Source: Alphaproteobacteria bacterium
Lineage (GTDB): Bacteria; Pseudomonadota; Alphaproteobacteria; UBA8317
Direction: 5' to 3'
Length of the DNA stretch: 64,000 bases
Assembly (NCBI GenBank): GCA_038131935.1
Contig: JAYPQH010000033.1
Location: 15,693 to 79,692 of the forward strand
In this document: positions 23,279 to 33,111 of the stretch, one piece after another
How positions within the stretch are numbered: the stretch's first letter is position 1
How the letters are laid out: every line of letters begins with the position of its first letter
Made by a program: the position numbers and the translations under genes
Notes under the pieces: generated by a model
Told to the model about the DNA's origin: nothing
The model's input: only the letters and a program-made list of their open reading frames with translations
Databases searched by the model: none

Positions 23279-24310
23279 TCACCATTTCTGATCATTCTGT
23301 CCTAATAACCAGCGTTGGGTAAGATAGCCTGACAGCAGCATGGTTATGGTTGCAAGTAATGACCAAGGGGAAAGAGTCCCCATCCCTGTGATCGCCTGAC
23401 CCGTGGTACAGCCAAGCGCCAAAACCCCACCTATCCCCATCAAAACAGAACCTAAGAAATAACGCACGTGATCCTTGGTATGCGCAAAGCTTTGCCAGGT
23501 GAATGTTTTCCCTAGGACGGCTGATCCAAAAGCACCAAGCATGGTTCCCCCAACCAATGCGGTCGCAAAGGTGGGTGCAACGCCACTAGCCAACATAATA
23601 TACACCAAACCCTCGGCTGTAGGGACAACGAAGGAAAAAGATGCTGGCGGCATAGGGTCAAAATCATCTGCACCAAAATGAAGTGTTAGCCACCAAGATA
23701 CAACAACAAGAACACCCACGATCAAGCCACCAAATGTCAGTGCTGACCACCTCATTTTTATTGCAAGGATCACAATTAAAAGACCTAAGATGATGGAAAC
23801 CACCAATTGAAATGCTTCAGGTAGCAGATTGATGAGGCTTTCTTGTGGAAAAGATATAGGCATAAAAGACTGGAACCATAGTCGTGGAACAGCCAATATT
23901 CCTTTGAATGTTGCATAAGATGATAGACCGATAATCAACACACCAAACAATGCACGTAAATTACCGGTAGCTGCCAGTACGAGAAGGCGGGCAGGACACC
24001 CACGCGTTAGCATCATACCTACCCCAAATATGGTTGCCCCAAATAAAAGCGAAATGATCCCAAATTGCTCTGGAACGTAATTGGTTTGCGTCAGCAAAAG
24101 CATTTCGGTCTGAACCAGCCATTGGGTTCCTATGATAGCAATTCCAAGAGCGGCAAGCCAGCCTGTGAATGATGAAAAACCTTTACCAATGGCTAGGTCA
24201 TAAACCCCTCTGCGGACACAAAACTGTGTACGTTGCGCAACAGATCCATAGACAATGCCCAAACCTAATCCGATCAATACCATGATGGTGCGAACTTCTA
24301 ATGATTCCAA
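23279..24310 (-). CDS. YeeE/YedE (TsuA-like) sulfur-compound transporter
   Basis: Polytopic membrane protein with the three conserved Cys motifs FCVR, RGCP, LGCTTG. Confidence 0.88.
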   Translation of the reverse strand: MESLEVRTIMVLIGLGLGIVYGSVAQRTQFCVRRGVYDLAIGKGFSSFTGWLAALGIAIIGTQWLVQTEMLLLTQTNYVPEQFGIISLLFGATIFGVGMMLTRGCPARLLVLAATGNLRALFGVLIIGLSSYATFKGILAVPRLWFQSFMPISFPQESLINLLPEAFQLVVSIILGLLIVILAIKMRWSALTFGGLIVGVLVVVSWWLTLHFGADDFDPMPPASFSFVVPTAEGLVYIMLASGVAPTFATALVGGTMLGAFGSAVLGKTFTWQSFAHTKDHVRYFLGSVLMGIGGVLALGCTTGQAITGMGTLSPWSLLATITMLLSGYLTQRWLLGQNDQKW

Positions 24311-24441
24311 AGTTGATTTCCTTCTGCCCCATTTAAATTCAAGCCAAAAAACTTTTTGGCCAAAATGCTGTCACGACCTGCAAGAACGCTCACATTAGTG
24401 ATATGTATATCCTTCTTTGATCATATTATGAGCGGTTTGTC

Positions 24442-25056
24442 TTGATATTTGAAGTTGTTGACAGCGTAGGTTTGGCGGTTGCCACACTAATTTTCGTGCT
24501 CTCACCAGGTGCAGGGGTATTGGCTTTGTTGGCTGTGGGGCTCCGACAGGGCTGGCAAGCCGCGATCACCCTAGCGACCGGTCTTATTGTCGCAGATATG
24601 TTTTATCTGTTGCTCGCTCTTTTTGGCTTGGGGTTGGTGGGAAATTATCTACCGTCTATTTTGCAAACAGCGCGTATTGTTGGAGCTCTTTATCTTGTCT
24701 ATCTGGGTATCATGACCTGTCGTGCAGCTCCTCCGACACAGATTGATCAAGCGCAGAAACGAAGCCATCTTGTGCTATTTGCTGCAGGTTTTGGTATTTC
24801 TATAACAAATCCCAAGGTTGTACTTTTTTATCTTGGCTTTTTGCCAGCATTCGTGGATTTGGAGAGGGTCTCAATTTCTGTAGCTGCTTGGGTCGTGTTT
24901 GTGGTGGTAAGTATGTTGTATGTGGGATGTTGGTTCTATGCTTTGGCCTGCCATCATGCCCGAACGATATTACTCGATCCGCGCAGAGGACAAATGGTAC
25001 AATATATTTCTGGCCTTTTGATGATGTTGGCAGCCTGTTGGATTATTTTTGTATGA
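24442..25056 (+). CDS. LysE/RhtB family exporter
   Basis: SPG, GALYLVYLG, NPKVVLFY; ~200 aa hydrophobic. Confidence 0.9.
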   Translation: MIFEVVDSVGLAVATLIFVLSPGAGVLALLAVGLRQGWQAAITLATGLIVADMFYLLLALFGLGLVGNYLPSILQTARIVGALYLVYLGIMTCRAAPPTQIDQAQKRSHLVLFAAGFGISITNPKVVLFYLGFLPAFVDLERVSISVAAWVVFVVVSMLYVGCWFYALACHHARTILLDPRRGQMVQYISGLLMMLAACWIIFV

Positions 25057-27062
25057 CAAAATCATCAGCCAGCAACAAAAAGACCGCAAAAAAAACAAAA
25101 AATATGGCTAGTCCTCGTCCCAAACGTCTTGCCTCTGCTTCCAAGGCTACGAAGAAAAATGTGCAAACCCCACGCAAAAGTTCGTTTGTGATGCGCATGA
25201 CCAAATGGCTTGTGGTCTTATGCATATGGATGATGGTGGCCTTCTCAGCTGTGATTTCATATTATGCAGTAACGCTTCCTGATACTGATAAGCTTACAGA
25301 CCCTAGGGCATATGGATCTGTGAGGATTTTGGATAGGTACGGAAATTTTTTGGCGGAACGTGGCCAAAAACATGAAGGAGTTGTGTCATGGGATGCGGTC
25401 CCAGCCCATCTTGTTGAGGCCATTCTGGCAACAGAGGACCGTCATTTTTATTATCACCTTGGCTTCGATCCTATTGGTATTGCACGGGCTATGTATACGA
25501 ACTTGTCTGCAGGTACCGTGGTGCAAGGAGGCTCTACGTTAACACAACAACTTGCCAAAGACCTCTTTTTCTCCTCAGAAAAAAGCATCGAGCGGAAGGT
25601 CAAAGAAATTTTGTTGGCGGTATGGTTAGAGTTCCGTTTCACCAAGCAAGAATTGCTAACTTTTTATCTCAATCGGGTTTATTTGGGCGGTGGTACGTAT
25701 GGATTTCCTGCGGCAGCACGCTTCTACTTTGACAAAGATGTGAAGGAACTCTCACTTGGTGAGTCAGCACTTCTTGCGGGCTTACTGAAGGCTCCTTCAA
25801 GGCTCTCACCCTTTGCCAACCTGGAGGCATCCTACAAGCGTATGGCTTTGGTTCTCCTTCGGATGGTTGAGGTGGGTTACATCACCATGTCTGAGCGCGA
25901 CAAGGTGATCTCACAACCACCGCGTCCACGTCACGTGATCGCTGATGGTTCAAGTTATTTCGTTGACAATGTTCTCGACGAGTTAACCCAGATTTCTCAT
26001 GATGTACGTGATGATATTGTTGTTCAAACCAGTTATGATCCCTTGCTGCAATCTCTGGCGAACGATGTCGTTACAAAAAAGTTAAAGACGGCAGATGACC
26101 CCAAATTGCAAGCAGCCGTGCTGATTATGGATACGGATGGAGGTATCCGTGCCATGATAGGAGGAAGATCATATGCTGAGAGCACGTTCAACCGTGCAAC
26201 ACAGGCAAAAAGACAGCCGGGATCTGCTTTTAAAGCGGTTGTCTACTCCAAAGCGTTACAAGCTGGCATGACACCGTCGACCATGGTGCGTGACACCGAA
26301 CAGTCATTTTCTGGTTACCGTCCCAAAAATTATAACAATAGGTACTTAGGGTCGGTAACCCTTCAACAGGCTTTGTCGCAATCCTCAAATGTTGTGGCGG
26401 TCAGTTTGGCAAAAAAAATAGGAATAAATAGGGTTATCGATCATGCAAAGCAAATGGGTATAGCCAGCCCCCTGCAACAAAATCTTTCAACAGCCTTAGG
26501 CAGTTCTGAGGTCACCTTGCTGGAGTTGGTTAATAGTTATGCCCTCTTTCCACGTGGGGGAATTGTATCACAACCCTATTCGATTAAGGATGTTCGTTTG
26601 CGCGACAACAGCCCAATTTTTCGTCGTCAAAAACGAACAGCCCATGTGTTGTTGACCGAACGTGAAGCGCGCATGATGAATAGTATGTTGCGTCACGTCA
26701 TTAAAGATGGAACGGGTAAAGCGGCATATGTAGATGATCTTGATTTGGCAGGAAAAACTGGAACAACCTCAGGTTATCGCGATGCCTGGTTTGTGGGCTA
26801 TTCAAGTGCTCTTGTCACAGGTATTTGGGTTGGTCATGATGATGCCACACCCACTCGTGCCGTGACAGGTGGAAAACTACCAGCAGAAATTTTCAAGGAT
26901 ATCATGGTTCCCGCTAGCCACCTTCAAGTGTCAAAGCCCCTGCCTTTATGGTCAAAGTCTTCAACAGAGGGGTCACGTTCTGTTCATTCGGAACGAATTG
27001 AGCAAAATGCTAGTGATGATATGAGTTTAGGCGATCTTATTCGTCGTATATTTGGTGACTAA
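25053..27062 (+). CDS. Class A penicillin-binding protein (PBP1A family)
   Basis: Transglycosylase EDRHFY, GGSTLTQQLAK, RKVKE; transpeptidase SAFK, SSN, KTGT; start ATG 25053 overlaps the lysE stop. Confidence 0.93.
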   Translation: MTKSSASNKKTAKKTKNMASPRPKRLASASKATKKNVQTPRKSSFVMRMTKWLVVLCIWMMVAFSAVISYYAVTLPDTDKLTDPRAYGSVRILDRYGNFLAERGQKHEGVVSWDAVPAHLVEAILATEDRHFYYHLGFDPIGIARAMYTNLSAGTVVQGGSTLTQQLAKDLFFSSEKSIERKVKEILLAVWLEFRFTKQELLTFYLNRVYLGGGTYGFPAAARFYFDKDVKELSLGESALLAGLLKAPSRLSPFANLEASYKRMALVLLRMVEVGYITMSERDKVISQPPRPRHVIADGSSYFVDNVLDELTQISHDVRDDIVVQTSYDPLLQSLANDVVTKKLKTADDPKLQAAVLIMDTDGGIRAMIGGRSYAESTFNRATQAKRQPGSAFKAVVYSKALQAGMTPSTMVRDTEQSFSGYRPKNYNNRYLGSVTLQQALSQSSNVVAVSLAKKIGINRVIDHAKQMGIASPLQQNLSTALGSSEVTLLELVNSYALFPRGGIVSQPYSIKDVRLRDNSPIFRRQKRTAHVLLTEREARMMNSMLRHVIKDGTGKAAYVDDLDLAGKTGTTSGYRDAWFVGYSSALVTGIWVGHDDATPTRAVTGGKLPAEIFKDIMVPASHLQVSKPLPLWSKSSTEGSRSVHSERIEQNASDDMSLGDLIRRIFGD

Positions 27063-27747
27063 CAGCTCTTACGGCTTGATCTGAAAAATCTACCGCCATC
27101 CACTTCGTTGCGTTTTCTCGCAATATCTCACGGTGATGGCGATAATCAGGGTCAAATTGCTTTACCAACGCCCAAAAATCAGGGCTATGGTTCATATGTT
27201 TAAGGTGGCATAACTCATGTATCATCACATAGTCGCGAATTATTCTTGGCATCATGATCAGACGAAAAGAGAGTGAAATATTACCCTTTATGCTGCATGA
27301 TCCCCATCGTGACTTTGTGTCTTTAATTCTGACGCCATTTGGTTTCATACCCATTTTCAAGCCCAGTTCACACAACCGTTCATTTAATGTTTTATGGGCC
27401 ATGTCTTTGAGATGGTTTAGCACAGATGTGCCTGGACGCGAAAATGGAATTTTTATTTTTTGGTGCTCTACATCCAGAGAAATTTTTGGATGTTGATGCA
27501 AAAAGCTTTTAAAAAAAACACCATCTAGTGGAAGCCAAGCTGCACCTAAGGTGGGAAGCGAGGCTTCTCGTCTCGCCATTTTTTCTTCTATCCAGTCTGC
27601 ATGTCCAGCAAGGAATTCTTGTAGTTGTGTTTGTTTTGCACGAGGATGATGGCGAAGTGTAAAAGTTCCTGTCCGCGTATCAAAACGCAGTGAAAAGCCG
27701 CGGGTTTTGTGGTGTGGTATAATGTCGATACGAAGCTTTCTTTCCAT
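27037..27747 (-). CDS. YgjP/SprT-like (M48-related) zinc metallohydrolase
   Basis: KSRWGSCS, YVMIHELCHLKHMNHSPDFW. Confidence 0.9.
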   Translation of the reverse strand: MERKLRIDIIPHHKTRGFSLRFDTRTGTFTLRHHPRAKQTQLQEFLAGHADWIEEKMARREASLPTLGAAWLPLDGVFFKSFLHQHPKISLDVEHQKIKIPFSRPGTSVLNHLKDMAHKTLNERLCELGLKMGMKPNGVRIKDTKSRWGSCSIKGNISLSFRLIMMPRIIRDYVMIHELCHLKHMNHSPDFWALVKQFDPDYRHHREILRENATKWMAVDFSDQAVRAVSHQIYDE

Positions 27748-27922
27748 GCATGAACCTCTTTATGACGAGACGAGCTTAATGTTCGCCGTTCATCACAAGA
27801 TATTACGTGAGACAAACATGTTGTTGAATATAGTGATTGTTTCTGAAAGCCACTCGCATCATAAATAGATGCAAGCTGACCACCATGATTGTCTTTTCCT
27901 TTTCAGGCTTAATCACCAGCAC

Positions 27923-29161
27923 TCATAAGGCGGTTGCATGTGTCCGCATAAATGTTTTCATGATGGGCTGAATTTCCGTGCGGAACCTGCGACCATTAAA
28001 AACGCCATAATGTCCAACATGCTTTTGCAAATGATCCAAACGGCGGTCTGTGGGTATATTGATACAAATGTCATGGGCTGCTTTTGTCTGACCTATCCCT
28101 GAGATATCGTCATTTTCACCTTCGACGGTTAATAATGCGGTCCGTGTGATGGACGCAGGCTCAACATGTCTTCCAAAAACCTCCATGGTACCCTGTGGTA
28201 GCTCAAAATCCTGAAATACCCTTTTAATGGTATCCAGGTAAAATTTAGCATCGAGATCCATGACAGAATTGTACTCATCATAAAATTGACGATGTTTTTC
28301 AGTGGAATCACCGTCTCCACGCACAAGATTTTGGAACATTGCCATATGCTTGCCGAAATGATGATCCATATTCATTGCCATGAAACCAGTGAGTTGCAAA
28401 AATCCTGGATAGACAGCACGCATGAAACCGGGATGCGGATATGGTACACGGCTAATCATGTTGCGCTCAAACCAATCCAAACTGCGCTCTGTGGCCAGTT
28501 TATTGGGTACTGTTGGACTTTTGCGTGGGTCCACTGGTCCCCCCATGATCGTCATGGTGGCTGGTACCAATGGATCATTATCCTGATGCATGAGACTGAC
28601 AGCAGCAACAACAGCCGGGCCAGGTTGGCAAACAGCAATGACATGAACGTTAGGACCCAGATGTTTGATCATGCTGATAACGTTGTGGACATAGTGATCA
28701 AATCCGAAAATGCCATCTGTGAGCGGCACCATGCGCGCATCGCGCCAGTCAGAAATGTAAACGTCATGTTCGGGTAGCATCGCTGCAACAGTTCCACGTA
28801 AAAGGGTCGCAAAATGTCCTGACATTGGCGCGATCAACAACACCTTGGGATCATCTCGATGCTCAGTCATCCCTGGATCCCGTTGAAAATGTATGAGATC
28901 CACAAAAGTTTCCTGCATGACAACCTTGGGTGTTACTTGTGTTTCAACATCGTCAATAAGGGTCGAATGGATCTGCCAATCAGGTTTGCCATAGCGACGG
29001 GTATTGGCTTCAAACATTTCTAAAGCTGCCGCAGATGCTTTTCCCGCGAGTGTAAGCTTGAGTGGGTTAAGCGGATTTTGCAACATCTGCAAACTTGTCT
29101 TTGCCGCAGTGCGCATGGGGGAAATAGCGGCATGTGTTAATTCATAAGCGTGATACAGCAA
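27923..29161 (-). CDS. phaZ: Intracellular polyhydroxyalkanoate depolymerase
   Basis: APMSGHFATLLR, AVCQP (Cys nucleophile), YPGFLQL, VEGENDDISG, GHYGVF. Confidence 0.93.
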   Translation of the reverse strand: MLYHAYELTHAAISPMRTAAKTSLQMLQNPLNPLKLTLAGKASAAALEMFEANTRRYGKPDWQIHSTLIDDVETQVTPKVVMQETFVDLIHFQRDPGMTEHRDDPKVLLIAPMSGHFATLLRGTVAAMLPEHDVYISDWRDARMVPLTDGIFGFDHYVHNVISMIKHLGPNVHVIAVCQPGPAVVAAVSLMHQDNDPLVPATMTIMGGPVDPRKSPTVPNKLATERSLDWFERNMISRVPYPHPGFMRAVYPGFLQLTGFMAMNMDHHFGKHMAMFQNLVRGDGDSTEKHRQFYDEYNSVMDLDAKFYLDTIKRVFQDFELPQGTMEVFGRHVEPASITRTALLTVEGENDDISGIGQTKAAHDICINIPTDRRLDHLQKHVGHYGVFNGRRFRTEIQPIMKTFMRTHATAL

Positions 29162-29255
29162 TGTGTTTGGCCTCCAAACAAGATGGGCGCATGGATAAAG
29201 TGGAGCTTAGTAAAGCGGAAATGTCGCACCCTCACAAGCTGTAACATTCTCACCC

Positions 29256-29861
29256 TTATGATGAAAAGCTTTTTTTGATGCGCTGCAACATAAGTTCAAA
29301 GTCCGTTTGTGGGCTGAAGTGGGCAAGGTACTCACCGTTTTTATCCATCAGGTAAACAAATGCCGAGTGATCTATAAGATATCCAGCATTACTGCCTGGG
29401 TCCTCAGCCTTGCTGTAAAACACACGAAAAGATGAAGCAGCATCCTTGATATTTTCAGGGGTACCCGTAAGACCTATGATGGCTGGATGGAAGGATTTAA
29501 GGTAAGACTGCATGGCCTGGGGCGTATCTCGGTCTGGGTCAACAGAGATTAAGATCGGATGAATTTTGTCAGCATCACGTCCTAATGCATCCAGCAATTG
29601 CCCTATTCTCATGAGCTCTGTGGGACAAACATCTGGACAATATGTAAAGCCAAAATAAACCAACATGGGTTTGCCATGGAAATCTTTTTGGGTAACCTTT
29701 TCACCCTCGACATTGACGAGATTGAATGATGCTGTGATGAGAGCTCGTCCTTGGTTTCCATCTTTTTGACCAGACAGGAAATTCGATATCATGGGCGTGG
29801 AAAACCATGCGAGGATACCTACCAATATAACCAGCGGGAGCAACAATCTCATGCGTGACAT
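29256..29861 (-). CDS. senC: SCO1/SenC copper chaperone
   Basis: N-terminal membrane anchor, FGFTYCPDVCP, DPDRD, DHS; divergent from regB. Confidence 0.9.
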   Translation of the reverse strand: MSRMRLLLPLVILVGILAWFSTPMISNFLSGQKDGNQGRALITASFNLVNVEGEKVTQKDFHGKPMLVYFGFTYCPDVCPTELMRIGQLLDALGRDADKIHPILISVDPDRDTPQAMQSYLKSFHPAIIGLTGTPENIKDAASSFRVFYSKAEDPGSNAGYLIDHSAFVYLMDKNGEYLAHFSPQTDFELMLQRIKKSFSS

Positions 29862-29960
29862 TAAAGAAATCCCCAAAACAGAAAAAAATAGCTTGATGAT
29901 TTTGTACTATGACACAGCTTATAGTCATAGCAATCGGCAGTTTGAAGGGTACTGTACATA

Positions 29961-31241
29961 ATGCAGGAAGTTTCCCGAGGGGCAATTGTCGATGCCATTG
30001 TGGGTTTTAGGTGGGTAATGCTCCTGGGCCAGGCCATGGCTATAGCAACAGGTGCGCTTGCCTTAGCTGAGCAAGATAACTTTGCAACTCTTTTGACTGT
30101 GCTACTTATTGGCCATCTGCCCACTTACTCGCTTGCTCTTTACCCAAGATGGTTTGTTCCATCCAACTGGCGGCTAGAACTGCTTTTTATTTATGATCTC
30201 ATTCATAACGGTTTGATTATTTGGCTGGCGGGGGGAATTTTTAACCCCTTTCTTCTATTGATGATTGTACCTGTCACATCGGCAGCTATTGTCTGCAGAC
30301 TTGGGTCTACATTTCGGTTGATGGGTTTTGCCGTTTTTTTGATCATCATTATTGGTATCGATAGTTACCACCGTTTGGCGAATAATTTTCAGAGTGATGT
30401 GCTTCTGACCTATATAAGCATGACGGGGATGGCATTCATTCTTGCCATATGTTTTGCGAGCATCATTGCCTTCCGATTGACCCGAGAGGGTAAACGTTTA
30501 GAGACGGCAGCTGGCCTTTTACGTTCAATGCTTGAACGCGAGCGTGGGGTCAGTGCTTTGGGAGCGCATGCAGCTGCAACTGCCCATGAACTTGGCTCTC
30601 CACTGTCAACGATTGCAATTATTGCGAGTGAACTGACGAAGGATAAAAGGTTGCCAGACGATGTTGTTAATGACCTTACGGAGCTCCGTGATCAGACAAG
30701 ACGATGTCGTGAGATATTGAGCGATTTGGCGCGTCGTGGGGAGGTACCAGATCAACAAGAATGTGAGTGGTTGCCTCTCAATGTTACAATAGATCGCGCG
30801 CTGCATCGTATCACGGACAGCGATAAAAAATGGTTGCGGGTGCAATATATGGAGAATGGGCGGCAGGTTGACCCAAGAATAGACCATGCTCCCTTCCTAC
30901 CAGATTTGCCGGGCATAACACTGGCTTTTAAATCCCTGATAGAGAATGCTCTACGGTTTGGTCGTAACCGAGTCGACATTGTATGTTCTTGGTGTGATGA
31001 TGAAGTTTCAATTGCCATTAGAGATGATGGGCCAGGCTTTGCGCGAGATGTTATTGAACGGCTTGGCGAACCTTTTGTCAAAGATCAATGGTCCAACGGT
31101 TTGGGTCTAGGTGTGTTTACAGCCCAAGCTCTGCTCACACGCTCTGGTGCAAAAATTTCGTTCCATAACCGTTCTGATCCAGGTGGTGCAGAGGTTTTTA
31201 TCATGTGGGATCGCGGCGCAATGACGCAGTTAATGGCCTAA
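29961..31241 (+). CDS. regB: RegB/PrrB/ActS redox-sensing histidine kinase
   Basis: Quinone-binding GGIFNPF, H-box AHELGSPL, redox Cys in RCREIL, DDGPG, GLGLG. Confidence 0.9.
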   Translation: MQEVSRGAIVDAIVGFRWVMLLGQAMAIATGALALAEQDNFATLLTVLLIGHLPTYSLALYPRWFVPSNWRLELLFIYDLIHNGLIIWLAGGIFNPFLLLMIVPVTSAAIVCRLGSTFRLMGFAVFLIIIIGIDSYHRLANNFQSDVLLTYISMTGMAFILAICFASIIAFRLTREGKRLETAAGLLRSMLERERGVSALGAHAAATAHELGSPLSTIAIIASELTKDKRLPDDVVNDLTELRDQTRRCREILSDLARRGEVPDQQECEWLPLNVTIDRALHRITDSDKKWLRVQYMENGRQVDPRIDHAPFLPDLPGITLAFKSLIENALRFGRNRVDIVCSWCDDEVSIAIRDDGPGFARDVIERLGEPFVKDQWSNGLGLGVFTAQALLTRSGAKISFHNRSDPGGAEVFIMWDRGAMTQLMA

Positions 31242-31312
31242 ATTGGTAAAATCGCTTGCTTTTAAGCAGCTTCGAACGATCTTTTAGGTGAGGTGATAGA
31301 TAGGAGTATCAT

Positions 31313-31864
31313 ATGGGCATACAACTCAAGGCGCCTAATCAAGATAATGTTGTCGTTGTTGTTGATGACGAAATATCTTTTGCTAACCGTATGGGTCGCG
31401 CTCTTGAGCGTATTGGATTTCAAGTTGAAGTTGCTGGAAATACCCAAGATGCACGGGGCATAATTGAGAGCAAAACACCCAAATATGCTGTGTTTGACAT
31501 GCGGCTTCCTGATGGAAATGGATTAGACTTGGTGAAGCAGCTGAATGAGCGAAGGCCAGATGCATCTATTGTTGTATTAACGGGCTTTGGTAATCTGACA
31601 ACAGCTGTAACATCCGTTAAATTGGGAGCTAAAGATTATCTTGCCAAACCATCTGATGCTGATGATGTTGCGCGGGTATTACTTAGCCAAACCGATGAGC
31701 TCCCAGAGCCACCTGAACAACCAATGTCTGCCGATCGTGTTCGTTGGGAACATATTCAGAGGGTTTTTGAGCAATGTAACCGAAACGTGTCTGAAACAGC
31801 ACGACGGTTAGCCATGCACCGTCGTACCTTACAGCGGATATTGGCGAAGAGAAGTCCACGTTAA
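31313..31864 (+). CDS. regA: RegA/PrrA/ActR response regulator
   Basis: Receiver domain plus the diagnostic C-terminus PMSADRVRWEHIQRVFEQCNRNVSETARRLAMHRRTLQRILAKRSPR. Confidence 0.96.
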   Translation: MGIQLKAPNQDNVVVVVDDEISFANRMGRALERIGFQVEVAGNTQDARGIIESKTPKYAVFDMRLPDGNGLDLVKQLNERRPDASIVVLTGFGNLTTAVTSVKLGAKDYLAKPSDADDVARVLLSQTDELPEPPEQPMSADRVRWEHIQRVFEQCNRNVSETARRLAMHRRTLQRILAKRSPR

Positions 31865-31872
31865 GCACAACA

Positions 31873-33036
31873 CTATTTTTCGTGGCCAATCGCTAACGAT
31901 TCTAAAAGAACAGGTATGTTTTTCTTCACCTGGAAAAAACCCTTTTTACAATAGGGCCAAACCAACTGGTCATATACCCTCGCGGGTTGTAGGAAATTGG
32001 TTTGTTCAGACTGTATCTCAGAATTCATCTTATCAAAAAATGTCCCAACGGGGCCTACAAATGGACGTGGAATAATCCAAGGTTTTGGTGCACCAATAAG
32101 ATGTTCCAAAAGTTCAGATGGGGCTATAACCTCGCCACCTTTTTCTGAAGCCATGTCTTGGCTAGATTGTTGCGCAAAATCGAGAACTTTATGCGACATA
32201 TGCTGGGCACGATGGGCGGCAAGGCTGACAACAAAAGTTCTCGCTGGTTGGCACAAATTCTGCCAATATTGATCACCGTCGAAATCATCGTCATGAAGAA
32301 TTAATGTACCACCAGGACGAATGGTTTCATGGGATTCCAACAAGGGGTTTATTGCAGGTGGATGTGGTAGCGTTTGAAGTGGCTCGGCGACTTCATTAAG
32401 AAGATGACCAGGGTCATGCCGACCGTCTGTGTACCGCAAAATATTATCCCGTCGGGCTACATAATTTTTGCCAATGGTGTGCAATCCTCCTACCCAACGC
32501 CAAGATAAGGTATTGGATGCGGTGTCGCCATCTAAAAGATTTTCCATGAATAATCGCGCACCTAATTGCCATGGAAGGCCCAATGTGAATATCCAAATGC
32601 TCGCAAACCACATACGTGCGTGATTATGAAGATATCCAGTATCACGAAGTTCTTGGAGCCAATAACGCATACAATCTGGTCCAAGCTTTTTCTCATTCAG
32701 ATCAAGTAAAGCAAAGATATCACCTTGTTGTTTCGCCAAGTAAGTTGTGAGGTCATGCCAAACCCAAGGTCTATGTTCTAACCAACCTCGAAAATAGCCA
32801 CGCCAAAATACTTCTTGAATAAACTTTTCTGCCTGGGCGTCTGTATGATGATGCAGGATTTCTGAGAGAACTTCTGTTTCTGTAACAATTCTGCCCCGAA
32901 GATAAGGTGAAAGTTGGGAGACATAATGATGCTGCTCTGGGCCAAAATCAAAATTTCTTTTTTGTTCGTAAGAAAGCCCTGCCCTTGGTGCAAATGATTT
33001 CAAATGGTTAAGGGCATTTGTACGAACGGTTGCCAT
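31873..33036 (-). CDS. Photolyase/cryptochrome FAD-binding-domain protein (short type)
   Basis: SQLSPYL, QEVFWR, GYLHNHARMWFAS, LLDGDTASNTLSWRW; lacks the usual N-terminal antenna domain. Confidence 0.85.
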   Translation of the reverse strand: MATVRTNALNHLKSFAPRAGLSYEQKRNFDFGPEQHHYVSQLSPYLRGRIVTETEVLSEILHHHTDAQAEKFIQEVFWRGYFRGWLEHRPWVWHDLTTYLAKQQGDIFALLDLNEKKLGPDCMRYWLQELRDTGYLHNHARMWFASIWIFTLGLPWQLGARLFMENLLDGDTASNTLSWRWVGGLHTIGKNYVARRDNILRYTDGRHDPGHLLNEVAEPLQTLPHPPAINPLLESHETIRPGGTLILHDDDFDGDQYWQNLCQPARTFVVSLAAHRAQHMSHKVLDFAQQSSQDMASEKGGEVIAPSELLEHLIGAPKPWIIPRPFVGPVGTFFDKMNSEIQSEQTNFLQPARVYDQLVWPYCKKGFFQVKKNIPVLLESLAIGHEK

Positions 33037-33111
33037 GATCTCTCTCCTTATGGATTTGATCACAATTAATTCCGTTTACCAATAAAACCAGCATATTGCG
33101 TATTTTAATTT

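Noticed and set aside
29215-29227. RegA-like site GCGGAAATGTCGC upstream of phaZ
   Set aside because: The left half does not fit GCGNC and the RegA consensus is too degenerate to call by eye
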